Source: Stegostoma tigrinum (Eukaryota). Taken from it: DNA of 52,280 bases. The notes beneath the pieces were generated by a model. It saw nothing but the letters and a program-made list of their open reading frames with translations. It did not search any database and was not told the origin of the DNA. The stretch lies in contig NC_081355.1 in the NCBI RefSeq assembly GCF_030684315.1, positions 84,654,924-84,707,203 on the forward strand, read 5' to 3'. Each line of letters opens with the position of its first letter. Positions within the stretch are counted from its first letter, which is position 1. This document shows positions 1-13,100 of the stretch, in pieces. The position numbers and the translations under genes are program-made.

Positions 1-490
1 CCCTTACACTCCATTCTGCCAACCTTGGATAACCCTTGTAAAAAGAATCAATCTACCTATGTCTCAGCAATATTCAAGGACTTTGTTTGCACAACCTTAC
101 CAGGAAGAGAGTTTCAAAGACAATGGTCTGAAAGAATAAAATTCCTCAACTTTTTTTTAAATGGGTAGCCCTCAAAATTTTCAAAAGTAGCTCCTAGTTC
201 TAGATTCTCCCATAAGAGGAAATATCTTTTCCATATCTATCTTGTAAAAACCTTCAAGATATTATAGATTTCAAAAGTTTCCTCAAACTCGTCTAAACTT
301 CAGCAGATACGAGCCTAACCTGTTCAACCTTTTCTCAAAAGACAATCTGTCCTTTCCAGATATTAGTCCAGTAAAGCTTCTCTGAACTGCTTTCAACGTG
401 TGAAAACTTTCTGAAATAAGCATACCAATTCGGTACACAGTACTTCAGATGCTGTCTCACCAGTGCCCTATATAACTGAAGTGTAGCCTC
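1..490 (-). mobile_element. Decayed CR1-type LINE 3' fragment (intron 45)
   Basis: Minus strand resembles CR1 ORF2 C-terminus and 3' end (…HLKYCVPNW…-like); boundaries approximate. Confidence 0.6.
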
Positions 491-1074
491 CCTACTCTTC
501 TTTGTTCTTTGTCCTGTTGCCTTCCTATAGACTGTTCTGTTTGAGAGGAATTCTAGTACAAAATCCAGGACAGATTTTTAGAGTACCATTGTAAGTGAAA
601 ATCCCAGTAAGATTAGCAGTGAAAAGTGAGATGGCAGAGTTAGAAATGCCCATTCAATTACATCATTACATTGCCAAAGTTCGAGATGCAATTTGTTGTG
701 GATGTAGGCCCCTGCTGCTTCTTCGGAAAACCTCCAGAAATCCAACATAACATCAGACTCAACATCTCCAAACCCTTCATTCTCCACAGCACTTCAAAGA
801 ATTTTATCACAGAATTATTACAGTGCAGGAGAAGTCCATTCATTCCGTAAGGTCAGGACCTCCTGTCTGAATGAACATCATGGCTTATTGTCCTCTTCTT
901 GCACGTTCCTACAAACTTGCACTCTACCTCTTTTAAATCACCATCCAAAGCACTCTTGACTGCCTGCAAAATGATTGTTTATTTATTGCATAGGGGAGAC
1001 ATTTTCTAGCTTGCATCATCTAACCTTTCTGTTTTAATATGAATGTAATTACAAAAGCTTAAACATGTACTCAC

Positions 1075-1128
1075 AGCAAGACCTCTTGCACCCATTGGAC
1101 CAACATGACCAGTTGAACCTGCTGCACC
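1075..1128 (-). CDS. COL1A2: COL1A2 exon 45 (54 nt) [18 protein letters not shown]
   Basis: taag/…/gtgagt, Gly-X-Y. Confidence 0.95.
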
Positions 1129-4100
1129 CTTAATGTAAAAGGAAACAAAGAAGTATTTTTATTATAAATTACAAAATGTGGAACATCAACTTACTATTAC
1201 ACACCTCCTTGACTGAAATGAAAATAAAACTGTAAACTTACAGCCTCACCACGGTTGCCGGCCTTGCCAACGGGACCAGCAGGACCAGAAGCACCAGGTT
1301 GACCAACAGCACCAGCAGAGCCAATCCTACCAGGATCACCACGTTCGCCCTGAATACAAGGGAAAGAGACAAAAAAAACGTTCATGAAGGTAAGTCATAT
1401 TCATTCAAAACCTGAAAAGTTATTAAGGATAAACTTTACGACTGCACATACCTTAGATCCAGGAAGGCCAGCACGTCCAGGAGGACCATCACTGCCAGGA
1501 TTTCCCTTAAAAATAAAAGAAAGGATAAACCATGATCATGAAGTGCTGTACATGTATTATCTACTCATTTGGGGTATCATGTACATAATAAAAACATTGA
1601 CAAAAGTGACCTATTTTGTTACTTACATCACGGCCATTTTCACCATGTTGACCAGTCAGACCGCTAGGACCAACTGCACCAGCAGGACCACGTTGTCCAG
1701 AGGCTCCTGCAGGACCAGTTGGGCCAGGTAGACCCTAGAAATAAATAGCAAATAAGATTAAATACGTAAGTATCTGAGTGAGATCACTTCTATCAGAAAG
1801 TGTGATATTTCATAAACAAAAAAAGCATTACAACACTCAATTCAAAGGAAATACTGCAGATGTTCTAACCAATCTCCCAGAAGAAATCAGATGAACAGCT
1901 GTTTACATGTTATCTCTATTGTCTCTTGTTAGTCCTCAATTGAAATTATGATAAGAAATGGGTAACACCTGCATGAGATATCAGGGCTATTATGACTTAA
2001 AGGTGTAAATTTCATAAATAGCTGTCTCCTGTCAATGCCTAATAGTGAAAGCCAGAATGTGTTTACTACTAAAAGAAAGTCCTACCCGAGATTGTTAAAT
2101 TAGAGGAATATAGTTTTTAAAATATTGTTTCATTACAAATTCCAAGGCAACAGACGTTGAAAGTATCTAAAAAATTATACATTGACATTTAATATTGAAA
2201 TTTCAGATTGATCTCTCTTTCTACACATACCACAATGTTTCAACACAAATAAAAGTGTGATTATTTTGTTCTGGATAATAGTAGCAACAGTAATATATCT
2301 GAAAGAAATGAAGTAAGCTTACAGGTTGATTAAATATTCAGAAATTCCCAGATAGGAACACAGTGAGCATTTTTCAAGGAATTTCAGGCCCTGATTTTCT
2401 ATCCACTTAAATGAATGGGGAGACCATTAAGGCTGATGATTCATGATTCCTGGCTAGGGTTACCTGTTGGTGCTTTTTTTTTCACTTAAGAAATCCTGTA
2501 TTTCCAAGTTAATGGTTCAGATAATAGAGACCTGATTTTAACTTTGTGGAAGTAGGCAGGTTTTGAAGGAGTTAAAATTATCCCTTAAGTGTTTTATTTG
2601 CGCTAGTAGAGGACAGGACCAGGCAGCTCTAATTTTAAGGGAACAATGACCCACTCTAAAACGCAGTTGTGAAGAGTAACCCAGCTTGCAACTAATACCT
2701 CAAAACCTATCACTGTGTCTGCAAAGCCTAAACAAATGACCTGCCACAAACTTGTACTGGCATACACAGGGGATAAATTTCCCCATGTACTTGCTTGATG
2801 GGAACTCTTGGATTTTTAAATCTGAATTTTGCTAGTACCATGCATAAGTTCACAGTTAAAACTGATAATAGTCTTTTTCTATTCGTTCCAAGCAGATTTA
2901 TAGAATGTATGAACGTACACTGACACTAATTGACTGAATTGTTGAAGAAGGTACTGCTTTGTGAAATGAGATACTTACAGCAGGACCTGAGACACCTGGG
3001 AGACCAGAATCACCTCTAGCACCTGGAAGTCCAAGTGTACCTGGTGCACCAAGGAAGCCTTGAGGACCAGGAGTGCCTGGAGGACCCTGTACAGAAATAT
3101 TAACAAAAGTGGATAAGTAACAATGTTTATTGAGTGAAGTAATGGAAGTTATAATTATACATCCTTTAAATAGCTACTTTATTACTGGTTCAAAGTAACT
3201 TACAGCAGGACCTGATTCACCAGAGGCACCCCTGTCTCCAGCAGGACCTTGCATACCAGCAGGACCTGATGAACCCGAACGACCTTGTGGACCTGAATCA
3301 CCTCTTGGACCTTGTGGGCCAGGATTACCAATTGGACCAGCTGGACCTTGTGGACCTTGAGGACCCTATAAGAGAGCAATGCATTCATCACTTATATTTT
3401 TGATTACAACCTCTGATGCCTGCTTATTTTCTATTGTTCATCTCTTGCCAAAATATGTTGCCAAAGGTGTATACTCTATGACATATTTACAGAGTATGTA
3501 TTCGAAAAACAAAACCCCACATATGGGCCTAATCTGCTTTTGGATGACATCTCTGCAATACATTGTTAAAACAACCTGAAATTTGTACAGTAAACTCCAT
3601 GACTGTTTAGCAAAGTCAATATTTTAAGCAGGAACAAGAACTTTGAAATTAACAAAACAAGTATAGATACTGGAAACATTAAGCATACTGGACAACATCA
3701 GTGCAACAAGGAAGATAGGGCCAATATTCCAAGTTTATGATCCTGTAGCAGAATTGATTACTAATTATACAGTTGAAGTGTTGAACCTACCTTCCTTTCC
3801 CTACTGATACTGCCCACCTGCTGAGAACTTTCAGTATTTTCTACCTATGTTTCAGATTTTAAATATCTGTAATATTTCATTTTTTGACAAGAAGAATGAT
3901 GTTGGCACTCGCTTCTTGTGCAATTTTTCTTTCTTCTCCCACCCTGACATGGGACCTTCTTTCTTTCTGGTAATTAGGCCAACTGTTTAACATAACAGAA
4001 AATTCACTACATGCAGGAAGACTTCAATATCTGTGTGCCCCTAACTCAATCCCCATTGGTTGAAAATGTAGATGTAGTGAATTAAATTGAGACATAATGC

Positions 4101-7100
4101 TGAGGATATCTGCAAATAGTGAAATAATAAATCAACATGTCTTTCTTAATTATCCTCAGATCCAATTTATTTAATTGAACACAGAATCACCATTAATGTA
4201 CAACTGATACTGGTTTTGACTCTGTAAAATAAATCTTTAGTCTAGATTTGATATTTTTACCATCATACCCTGAAGTTATCACTTTGTAAAGTCAGACCCA
4301 TATTGCCGTATTCACCAGAAACAGGTATAATTGCTTACAGTAACTTAAGCTACTGAATGCTGTATATCAGTTTAATCACGGTGTCAAAGTTGAATATTTT
4401 GCTTATTCAGAGAGAAGGTGCAAATATGAAATAAGAAAAAGTACTTACGGCTGGACCAGGTGTACCTACTCTCCCAGCTGGGCCAGAGAAACCTGTCATA
4501 CCCTAGGAAGTGTAAAGTAGTCACTGAAATTAGTCATTTATAGTCCAATGCACATTTCACAAATTGATCAAATAAGAGCAACATTCGGTGTTACCACCCC
4601 AGGGCTAACCCCACCTTTGAAAAAGATTATGGGTGAATTTTTACATCAGCTCCATTTCCCCCCCCCCACTTTATTCCTGGTATCCATTAGTGCCCAAAAT
4701 TTTCCATCTTAGTTCTGGCGATGCTCACCAATTGAGGACCTATGACTCTCTGGTGTGCAGAATTCTAAAGATTCACAACCTCTCAGCAAATAACGTTTGC
4801 CTTATCTCTGTTCGAATTGGCTGAATAGCTTATCCTGGGTCTATGAATGCTAGTTCAAGGGGAAAAAAAATTTCTGCACATCTAGCCTGTCAAACCCTCA
4901 AATAATTATTCATTTTTTATGACATTACCTCTTATTTTGTAAACTCGACAGAACATAGACCCAATCTATTCAAATAAATGTTTGTGGTATAATTATTAGT
5001 TACTTACTGCTGGCCCAGTGGAACCAACAGGTCCTTGTAGACCAGGAGCTCCAGCGGGACCCTAGGAAGAGAAATACAAATAATTATGAACATTGGATTG
5101 TAAACAGTGATAATAATATTGCACTAGATAATTACAAACAGCTTATTTCCTGAGTACTGCAGGAAACACATACTACCTACTTTGAGAAGGTCGAAAATAG
5201 TGTAGCTGATCACCTAATTTCACCCAGTCATAAGTGTCTAAATCCAAATTGTACAATTTGCTATATTATTGTTTGCATGTGTGCTGAATTGAAATTTTAT
5301 TTATAACTGCTCTATTCAGATAAAGATCAGATCGGACAAGCAAGCGAGGACTTTAAAAGCATTGAAGCAACAAGTAAAGCTATATTCAAGTATGCAAATT
5401 TGCAGTTAAATTGCAAAACTCTAGGGGATCTCATATATCTACTGATTTAAGACCTAGGCTATACTTGGATACAGCACTACCAATTTCAGTAAAAGTCATT
5501 TGAATTACTGGTGAGAAGGGGGCAAATTTCTCTTCAGAACCAACATACCACATTATCTCTCCCTCTTGCTATCTCCACAGAAGGGGAAATTGTCCGCAAA
5601 GAGACCCATAGGGGGAACAACCCAACATATTTCAATGAAACTAGCAGAAGAAAGTTCACTGGAGTCAGTGATATGTTCAAACAGGTAGGTGGAATTCCTG
5701 CACATGGTATCTTTGCTAATGATAATAGTGAAGAGGAAAATCTAGCCTTCATGGATGATAGTGAAATGTCAACTTTCATATGACTCATGCAATGCCAAGA
5801 ACTGCCCTACAGAAGCCAACTTTGCTCACTTATCCCTTTCCCTGACTGGTAAACCAGGCACTTGTATGGAATAGAACCATTCTGCAGTTTGGTGATATCA
5901 CTTGGTACCTTTATGCTCTTCATCAGTGCCCCAACTCACAATTGTTCCAGTGAAATTGCCTTAGGACACAGCTGTACTGAAGTGACATATACAAATTTCA
6001 TAGCCTAAGTGGGTCTCTAGCACACTAAAAAGACAGTGGACAAGATTAATGCTGCCAAAATTTCATTGCCTATTATGTTGCAGTGTGCTCATTATGGCGC
6101 ACAGAACTGAGAATTAAACAAATCTACAGAATAATGCTGAAATAATATGACAAAACTCACTTCTGTTTCTCTACTTACAAAGGTTTCTAATTTAAAAATA
6201 TAAATTATTTTGATCATTCACTAATAAATACGAAAGGGAAAATGACCTAGATAAGGGATTGAGGCATATGTAAGAAAATTAAACATTTGTCTGCATAGCA
6301 ATCTAAATCATATGCTGTGCATAATTTTGTTCAGGTAAGTTGTGCCTTTTTGCATTGGAACAATTTATTTCAATATCCTTAGGATTATAACCCCAGATAA
6401 TATTCGATCCTCAGCCAAGAATATCTCAAGGTGGACCAAAACAATGTTATATTTTGGATGGCTCAGGCAGGACTTTTCTGTTGTCTACCCCACTATTAGT
6501 TACAGTAATGGGGATTGTGGTGGCAGAACGTTGGCCAGGGATGTATTATGCCTGACCACTGCCCATTTTAATGCCAGATGATTTATATCATTTTAAACAT
6601 GATATTGATACAAAGAAGTAAAATATTCGCGAATGAATTGTCAACTAGTTAGGGTAGAGTTACTCTTTAATTGAATGATTTTAAATCAGGATACTTACTG
6701 GAGGACCGGCAGCACCAGCTAGACCAACAGAACCAGCAGGACCAACCTCTCCTTTGGGACCGGTGACACCTTTGTCACCTTTAGCTCCAGAGTGTCCATC
6801 TGCACCCTATCATAGAAGAAAGCAGTGAGCATTTTTAAAGGCTTATGTTTCTAAAAAGAATGGAAATATTTAAAATAAGATAAAAGAAAGTTTTGAAACT
6901 CACAGGTGGACCAGCAAATCCAGGGGGACCAGCACGACCAGCTTCACCACGTTCACCCTAGGTAGAGAGAAACCAAACCAACAGTTTTTTTGCCCATGCT
7001 TCTTTTCACATAGTAGCCGGATTGAAATGTGTCATTGCTATTACTTTTAATTACACTAGACATTTTCTTCATTGCATTGTCGACAACTGATAACATGGTC

Positions 7101-10100
7101 AGAAGAAAATAAAACAACAGAAGCTCAGTCTAAATTCATTTGACCACATATTGCTTTTATTTTACTTACTGCAGCACCACGAGCACCAGCTGGACCAGAA
7201 TGACCAGAAGCACCAGTTTCACCCTGAAAAGAAGAAGCTATAAGTCAGTCGATGATGATTACAAAAAGTTATAGATGTGAAAAATATTATGAGCATTGTG
7301 ACATTGATGAGAACAATGATGATATGTGTGTGAATTGTAAAAACAGCAATGGACAACATGGATGATGGTGACATTAATAGAAAGATCATGTAAGCTTCAG
7401 AAACTTACCCTATCTCCAGGAGGACCACTGGGGCCAGGAGGACCACCAGGACCGGGAACACCCTATCAGAGAGAAATTTGACAATGTTTAGACAAAATGA
7501 AGGATAAGTTCAGGTTTGGTTGGTGTGTACTTGCAGACACAATGGTATGAAATGCTTAACTTTATTGCAGAGAACAATTATTGGGCACTTACCCGTGCGC
7601 CATCTGGACCTGGACTTCCTTGAGGACCTGCTGGACCTACATCACCCTATAAACACAAATAATCAGATTTAGACAGTATGCAAGATAATGCAGCTACAAG
7701 AAATAACAATGTATATTGGTGCTTAATATCTTGATGAATTCTTTAAAGAATTGTCTTAAAAGTACTAATAATATTATACTTCTTTGTGGATTATATCTTG
7801 TGACCACCAGTTGAATTTGCTCTGTTTATGCTTCCACTATAAAGTATCTTTAAATCATTAAAAAGATACTAAAAGATTGAAACACATAGAATGAGCCATA
7901 ATTATAAAGTGTCCAAAATGAAGCACAGAACACATTTCAACAGTTCTTATTTAAATTGGTAGTAGTGCATTCTATTGAAGAAAGCAAGGCCTATAGAAGG
8001 CTGCGATATGAATCTGTTAGAAACCTAGGCACCACTGAAAGGAAAATAGAAAATATCTTTATATTGTTTAAAAATATATTGAGAATTTTTAAAAAAAATT
8101 ACCTTTTCACCTTTGATACCAGCAGCGCCAGCAGCACCTCTCTCACCTGGTGCACCCTGAGCACCTGGGGCACCTACAAAACCAGGCAGACCAGTCACAC
8201 CAACTTCACCCTAAAGAGGAGTAAAGATTAACTGGTAAGTTTCTGACAGTTAATTAATACAAAACCCAACTTAAACCACTCAATACCCATTGATACCTCT
8301 TTCTAAGAAATTCAAAGCTCGAATGTGGAAGGCCAGCAGCCCTGCTGGGAGAGGTAGGTGCAGCAGGGCACCACAAAGGCTCCTCAAATTGGAGTCATCC
8401 TCAAAAGTGTGAATGAAGTTTTGAAAATAAACAATGAGGCCAATTGAGGGGGGAAGCCCTCCAGATAAATGGCATTAGATGTATTGTGATCTTTCATCCT
8501 CACAGTCCTTACTTTGAGGTACGAAGCCTCTCACTCCCATAGTCCATTGGATTGCTGCCTGTAGGCAATTTCCACAGACCTAGGTTTATGCTTATACCGG
8601 GCGATTGCAGCAAAGTACCCGCCAATGCCCCAATTATGCACTTAATTAATTGGCTACCCATCATTGCTTGTAAGGTAGTCAGTGCTACATTGACCCTGTG
8701 ACCAGTCTTACTGCCCAGAAGGAGAAATATGTCAGGTCAATGACCCAATGCTCTCATTTCTGATTTCATTCCAAAACCTGCCTCAAGGGATCAGGAGATT
8801 TTGCCCTAATGGTCAATAAGACATGCAGCACGTTACTAGCACAACTTAGATATGGTAGATAATGATATGAAATTTGAAGGTCTTTATGCTAGAAGAATGG
8901 GATAAAGTAAACCAGTTCCCCTTTGAGTCATGTTGTTAATAAATGTTGTGGGTCAGTCCAGTTGCCTGATGGCTGACTTGCAATGCAGAGTGATGCAAAC
9001 AGTGCGGGTTCAAATCTCACGCCAGCTGAGGAGGACTCTCTTTTTCAACCTCTCCCTTCATCTAAAGTGTGGTGACCCTCAAGTTAAATCACCATCAGTT
9101 CTCTCTCCGTTTTGAGAAACAGCCCTATAGACCAGTAGAACTATAGTAACTTTGTTATGAGGCTTATATTTAAATATTTCAAACAAATACGACAATAGGT
9201 CAAGAAATTGACATCAAAGCGTGGGCTGAATAGTGATGGAATTTAAGTTTTAAAAAGTTAAGAGCTCATATTTTTCAAAACTTGTTGGGAAATGTGAAAA
9301 GTGTTTCATTTTTGAATGACTCATAGGAGATCTTTCTCTGAAAGTTTTCATTGCATTCATAGTGCAGAGTGGTTTCACTTTGTATTGACACAACATCTAT
9401 AATGAAAATGTAATCTACATCCGATATCATGGGTCAGCTAACATTGGATAAAGTGGAATGAGGCACATTGACAGGGTTTCCACACTCACATTTAAGAGGC
9501 AGTTTAGGCTTTAAGCTTGATTTATAATACACAAGAGCATTTGGTGTAATACTGGAAAATAGTACCTCATTAAGTCTAAATTCTACTTTAGATATATTAT
9601 ATTTATGATCCTTTATAGTATAGTATTACAGATATATATATTTCTTTGCCGAAAACAATTCATATGGTATGAACAAAATTAATTTTCATTTCGTTAATTC
9701 ATAATTGACCTAAACCTGATAGAACATTATTAAATGTCTAGGCACATGCAAACAGTAGTGACAGCTATTTCAATATCAGATAATTATTTAATGTTGACTC
9801 TGAATTTATTTAATTTTTTATGTAGACAAGGGAAATATAGTCGATTTGCTTCCCGCCTTGTGGTGCAATAATATCATGGATTAATTTTAACAAGTGTCAT
9901 AACTTTTAAAGTGAAACAAACTTCAGTAGAATTATCAAAATGTAGTGTAGGAAGCAACCTATTCGTGTATTACAGTTATCTGCAGGAATTTAAAAAGTGA
10001 GCAATCAGATATTGTGAGAGTTTAAGAGTTACTAATTAGTTGCACATTGGCGATGTAGATAATTATATTTTGAGATATAAATCAAGTATTCTCCTTGCTT

Positions 10101-13100
10101 TCAGAGAGCTTTTAAAAAGGCATCAGTAGTTCAACATGATTTGTTGCTTCACCCTACCTTTCCACCATCAGGACCAGGAGAACCAGAGGAACCGCGAACA
10201 CCAGGAAGACCTTGTGCACCTGGACTGCCTCGTTCACCTGGAGGACCTCGTTCGCCCTAAACAGGAAATTATGAATCATGATGCATTAATCATGATGTTA
10301 TCACATTACATAGATTGCAAGTGTGAAACAGAGAAACTTAAACTTACTCTTGCACCAATTGTACCAGGACTGCCAGCATCACCTCGTAGACCCTGTGGAG
10401 AAATTGACATACTAATAAGACATTGCAACATTAAAATGCATTACAAAGTAAAATCTGTAAAGAAAAGAAAAAAAAATTTCCCATTATGAGGAAGCTATTT
10501 TATGAATGCTATTTAGCCCTTTGGATTTATAATTACACAATTCTAAAGTATTGGTAAATTTTCAGCTTTTCTGTCTGGGTTGTAACTAGGCAGAATTAAT
10601 AGTTTGCATAGAATTCAATCCATTTGATTTTAATTCAACTGAAATCAATGCTATGAAAATTAGACGGATTCTAAAAAAGGCACGCAATTTACTGCAGTAA
10701 ATTATCAAACAGCTAGTGAAGATGAAATTCTGCTCCAATATCCTTCAACAAAGTTAATATATACAGTGCATATAGAATGACTATTGCTAAGTTTGTTTAT
10801 CTTAAAGCAAATATGTAAATTTGACATACTTATCTAAACTAGAATCTTATCGCATGAATCCATGCATGTCAGGATATGATAACATGGATAAGAATCTGAA
10901 GTATTTTCAATAGTGCGGCACATGGCACATACAGTGTGCAAGCATTACTCAGTAGAACTCAACATGAAGTGACAAGACCATTAGCTCTTTAAGATTTCCT
11001 TTAAAATGTATCCCAGGTAAGCATTTTTTTTTTACCTACGATTGCAGACAGATTGCTGATAATGTTTTCTTAAGGTTCAATGTGAGAATGGGATGGACCT
11101 CTGGTTATGTTCATTAGCAAGTTGCGCCTGACGTATTCTGCCAATACTTGCTCAATAGACTGGATAGTGTGTGGTTTAGTTCACAGCTTTACAAAATTGT
11201 TATGATGCAGAGGATGATATTTGGCCCATTGTGTTTGCTCTGGCTTTCAGGAACATAGACTATAAGAACAGGGAAGCTATGCTGAATTCGTATATGGCTC
11301 TGAGAGACCTAAATTGGAATATTGTGTACAGTTCTGTGCACCACACTTTTAGGAAGGATATGATGCATTTGAAAGAATGGAGAAGACCTTTTTCCCTGTA
11401 ACCTTGCACTTTGTTTCTCTTTAAATAATTATCCAACCTTCTCTTGAATGCCTTAATTTTACCTGCCTCCACCACATTTGTTGGCCATGCATTCTAGAGT
11501 ATACTTATTTGCTCTATCAACAAATTTTCTCTCACTTTACATTTGCTTTTTTTGCAAATCATTTTAAAACTCTGGCCTCTGCATTTTGATTAATTTACAA
11601 GTAGGAAAACCTCCTTATCCACTCTGTCTAGATCCATCATGATTCTGTAAACAGCTATCATGTCACCTCTCAGCCCACTTCTCTCCAAAGAAAACCGTCC
11701 AACTTCTCCAATCTTACCTCATAATTGAAATGTCTCATCCCTGGACTATTCTTGTAAATTTATTTTATATTCTCTCCAGTGTCTCACATCCTTCCTGAAG
11801 TGTGGTGCCCAGAACTGTACACAATACTCCAGCTGTGGTCTAATCAGAGTCTTACATAAATTCGTCATGACCTCCCTGCTTTTGCACTCTGCTCCCATTT
11901 ATGAGGCCCAGAGCACTGTATGCTTTATTGCCTGTACTACATGTACATCCAACTGTCTCTCAGCCTGCTTTAAGAGAATGTCCTTTATTCTATATGCTGC
12001 TCCATGTTCTTTGTATCAAAGTGCATCTCCTGTTGTATTGAGCTTCATCTGCTAAATATTCATCTACTCCACTAATTTGTCAACGTCCTTCAGAATTTCT
12101 ACACTGTTCCCTTCAGTTTACAATTCATCTAAGTTTTATGTTATCCATAAATTTTGAATCTCTTTCGTGCTCACCAAGACATAGATCATTTATATATTTA
12201 TCAAGGGTTCAGTCCTGAGGAACTCCACTCCTTCCAGCTCAAAAAAACCCATTAACCATTATTTTCTGTTTCCTATCCCTTGGTCAATTTTACATCCATG
12301 TTGATACTGTTGCCTTATATTCTATGAGCTATAACTTCCCTCACAAGTCTGCTGCATGGCACCGTATTGAATGCCTTCTGGGAGTCCATGCATACCACAA
12401 GAATAACTGTGCCCTCATCAACCTTCTTTGTTACCTCTTCTAAAAGCTTCAGCAAGTTAGTTAGAACAATTTTATCTTAAGAAATCCGTGCTAACTTTTC
12501 TGAAACAACCACAATGTCCCATATCAATATTATTTCTCCCTAAACAACTGTTTTGAGACATTGACCGACCATCAAAGATAAACTGACTGGCCTGTAATTC
12601 CTGGGTTAATCTTTACAACCTTTCTGAACAAAGGCCTAATGTTTGTTGTTTCAAAGTTCATATTGGCATAATTTTGAATCAGACATTTCAGATCATTGAA
12701 GTTCATACATGGAGATCATATACGTCTTGGAGTGGGCAATTTATTATTTGTCTTACCTGATTACCTGGTTTGCCAGGTTCTCCAACAGCACCAGAAGGTC
12801 CAGGCATCCCCTACAGTGACAGAAAGAAAAGCAGTTCAGCACTACAATAACAGATAGAAGGGACTTTATTTGTGAAAACATGCAGCTGGCAGACAAAACT
12901 AGTATTGCATATTTATAGAATCCTTTATTGTCTAAAAATAAAAAGAAGTAAATTTTGGAAAATTAATTTATTCTACATTCTTCTCTGGAACTACATCAAA
13001 TCTTTAATAAAATATAATACAGATACTGTTGTTGGACGTATTTCTTAATCAGTTTATACCAACAGCTTCCTTTTACTATTTCAAAAAGGAATTAGTCCAG

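Noticed and set aside
5511-5788. Overlapping ORFs on both strands in intron 37
   Set aside because: No recognisable protein motif or splice context; probably decayed repeat
12757-12770. Internal donor-like CAG|GTAATC near the end of exon 29
   Set aside because: Use would delete 8 nt and frameshift; such motifs arise routinely from GGT glycine codons
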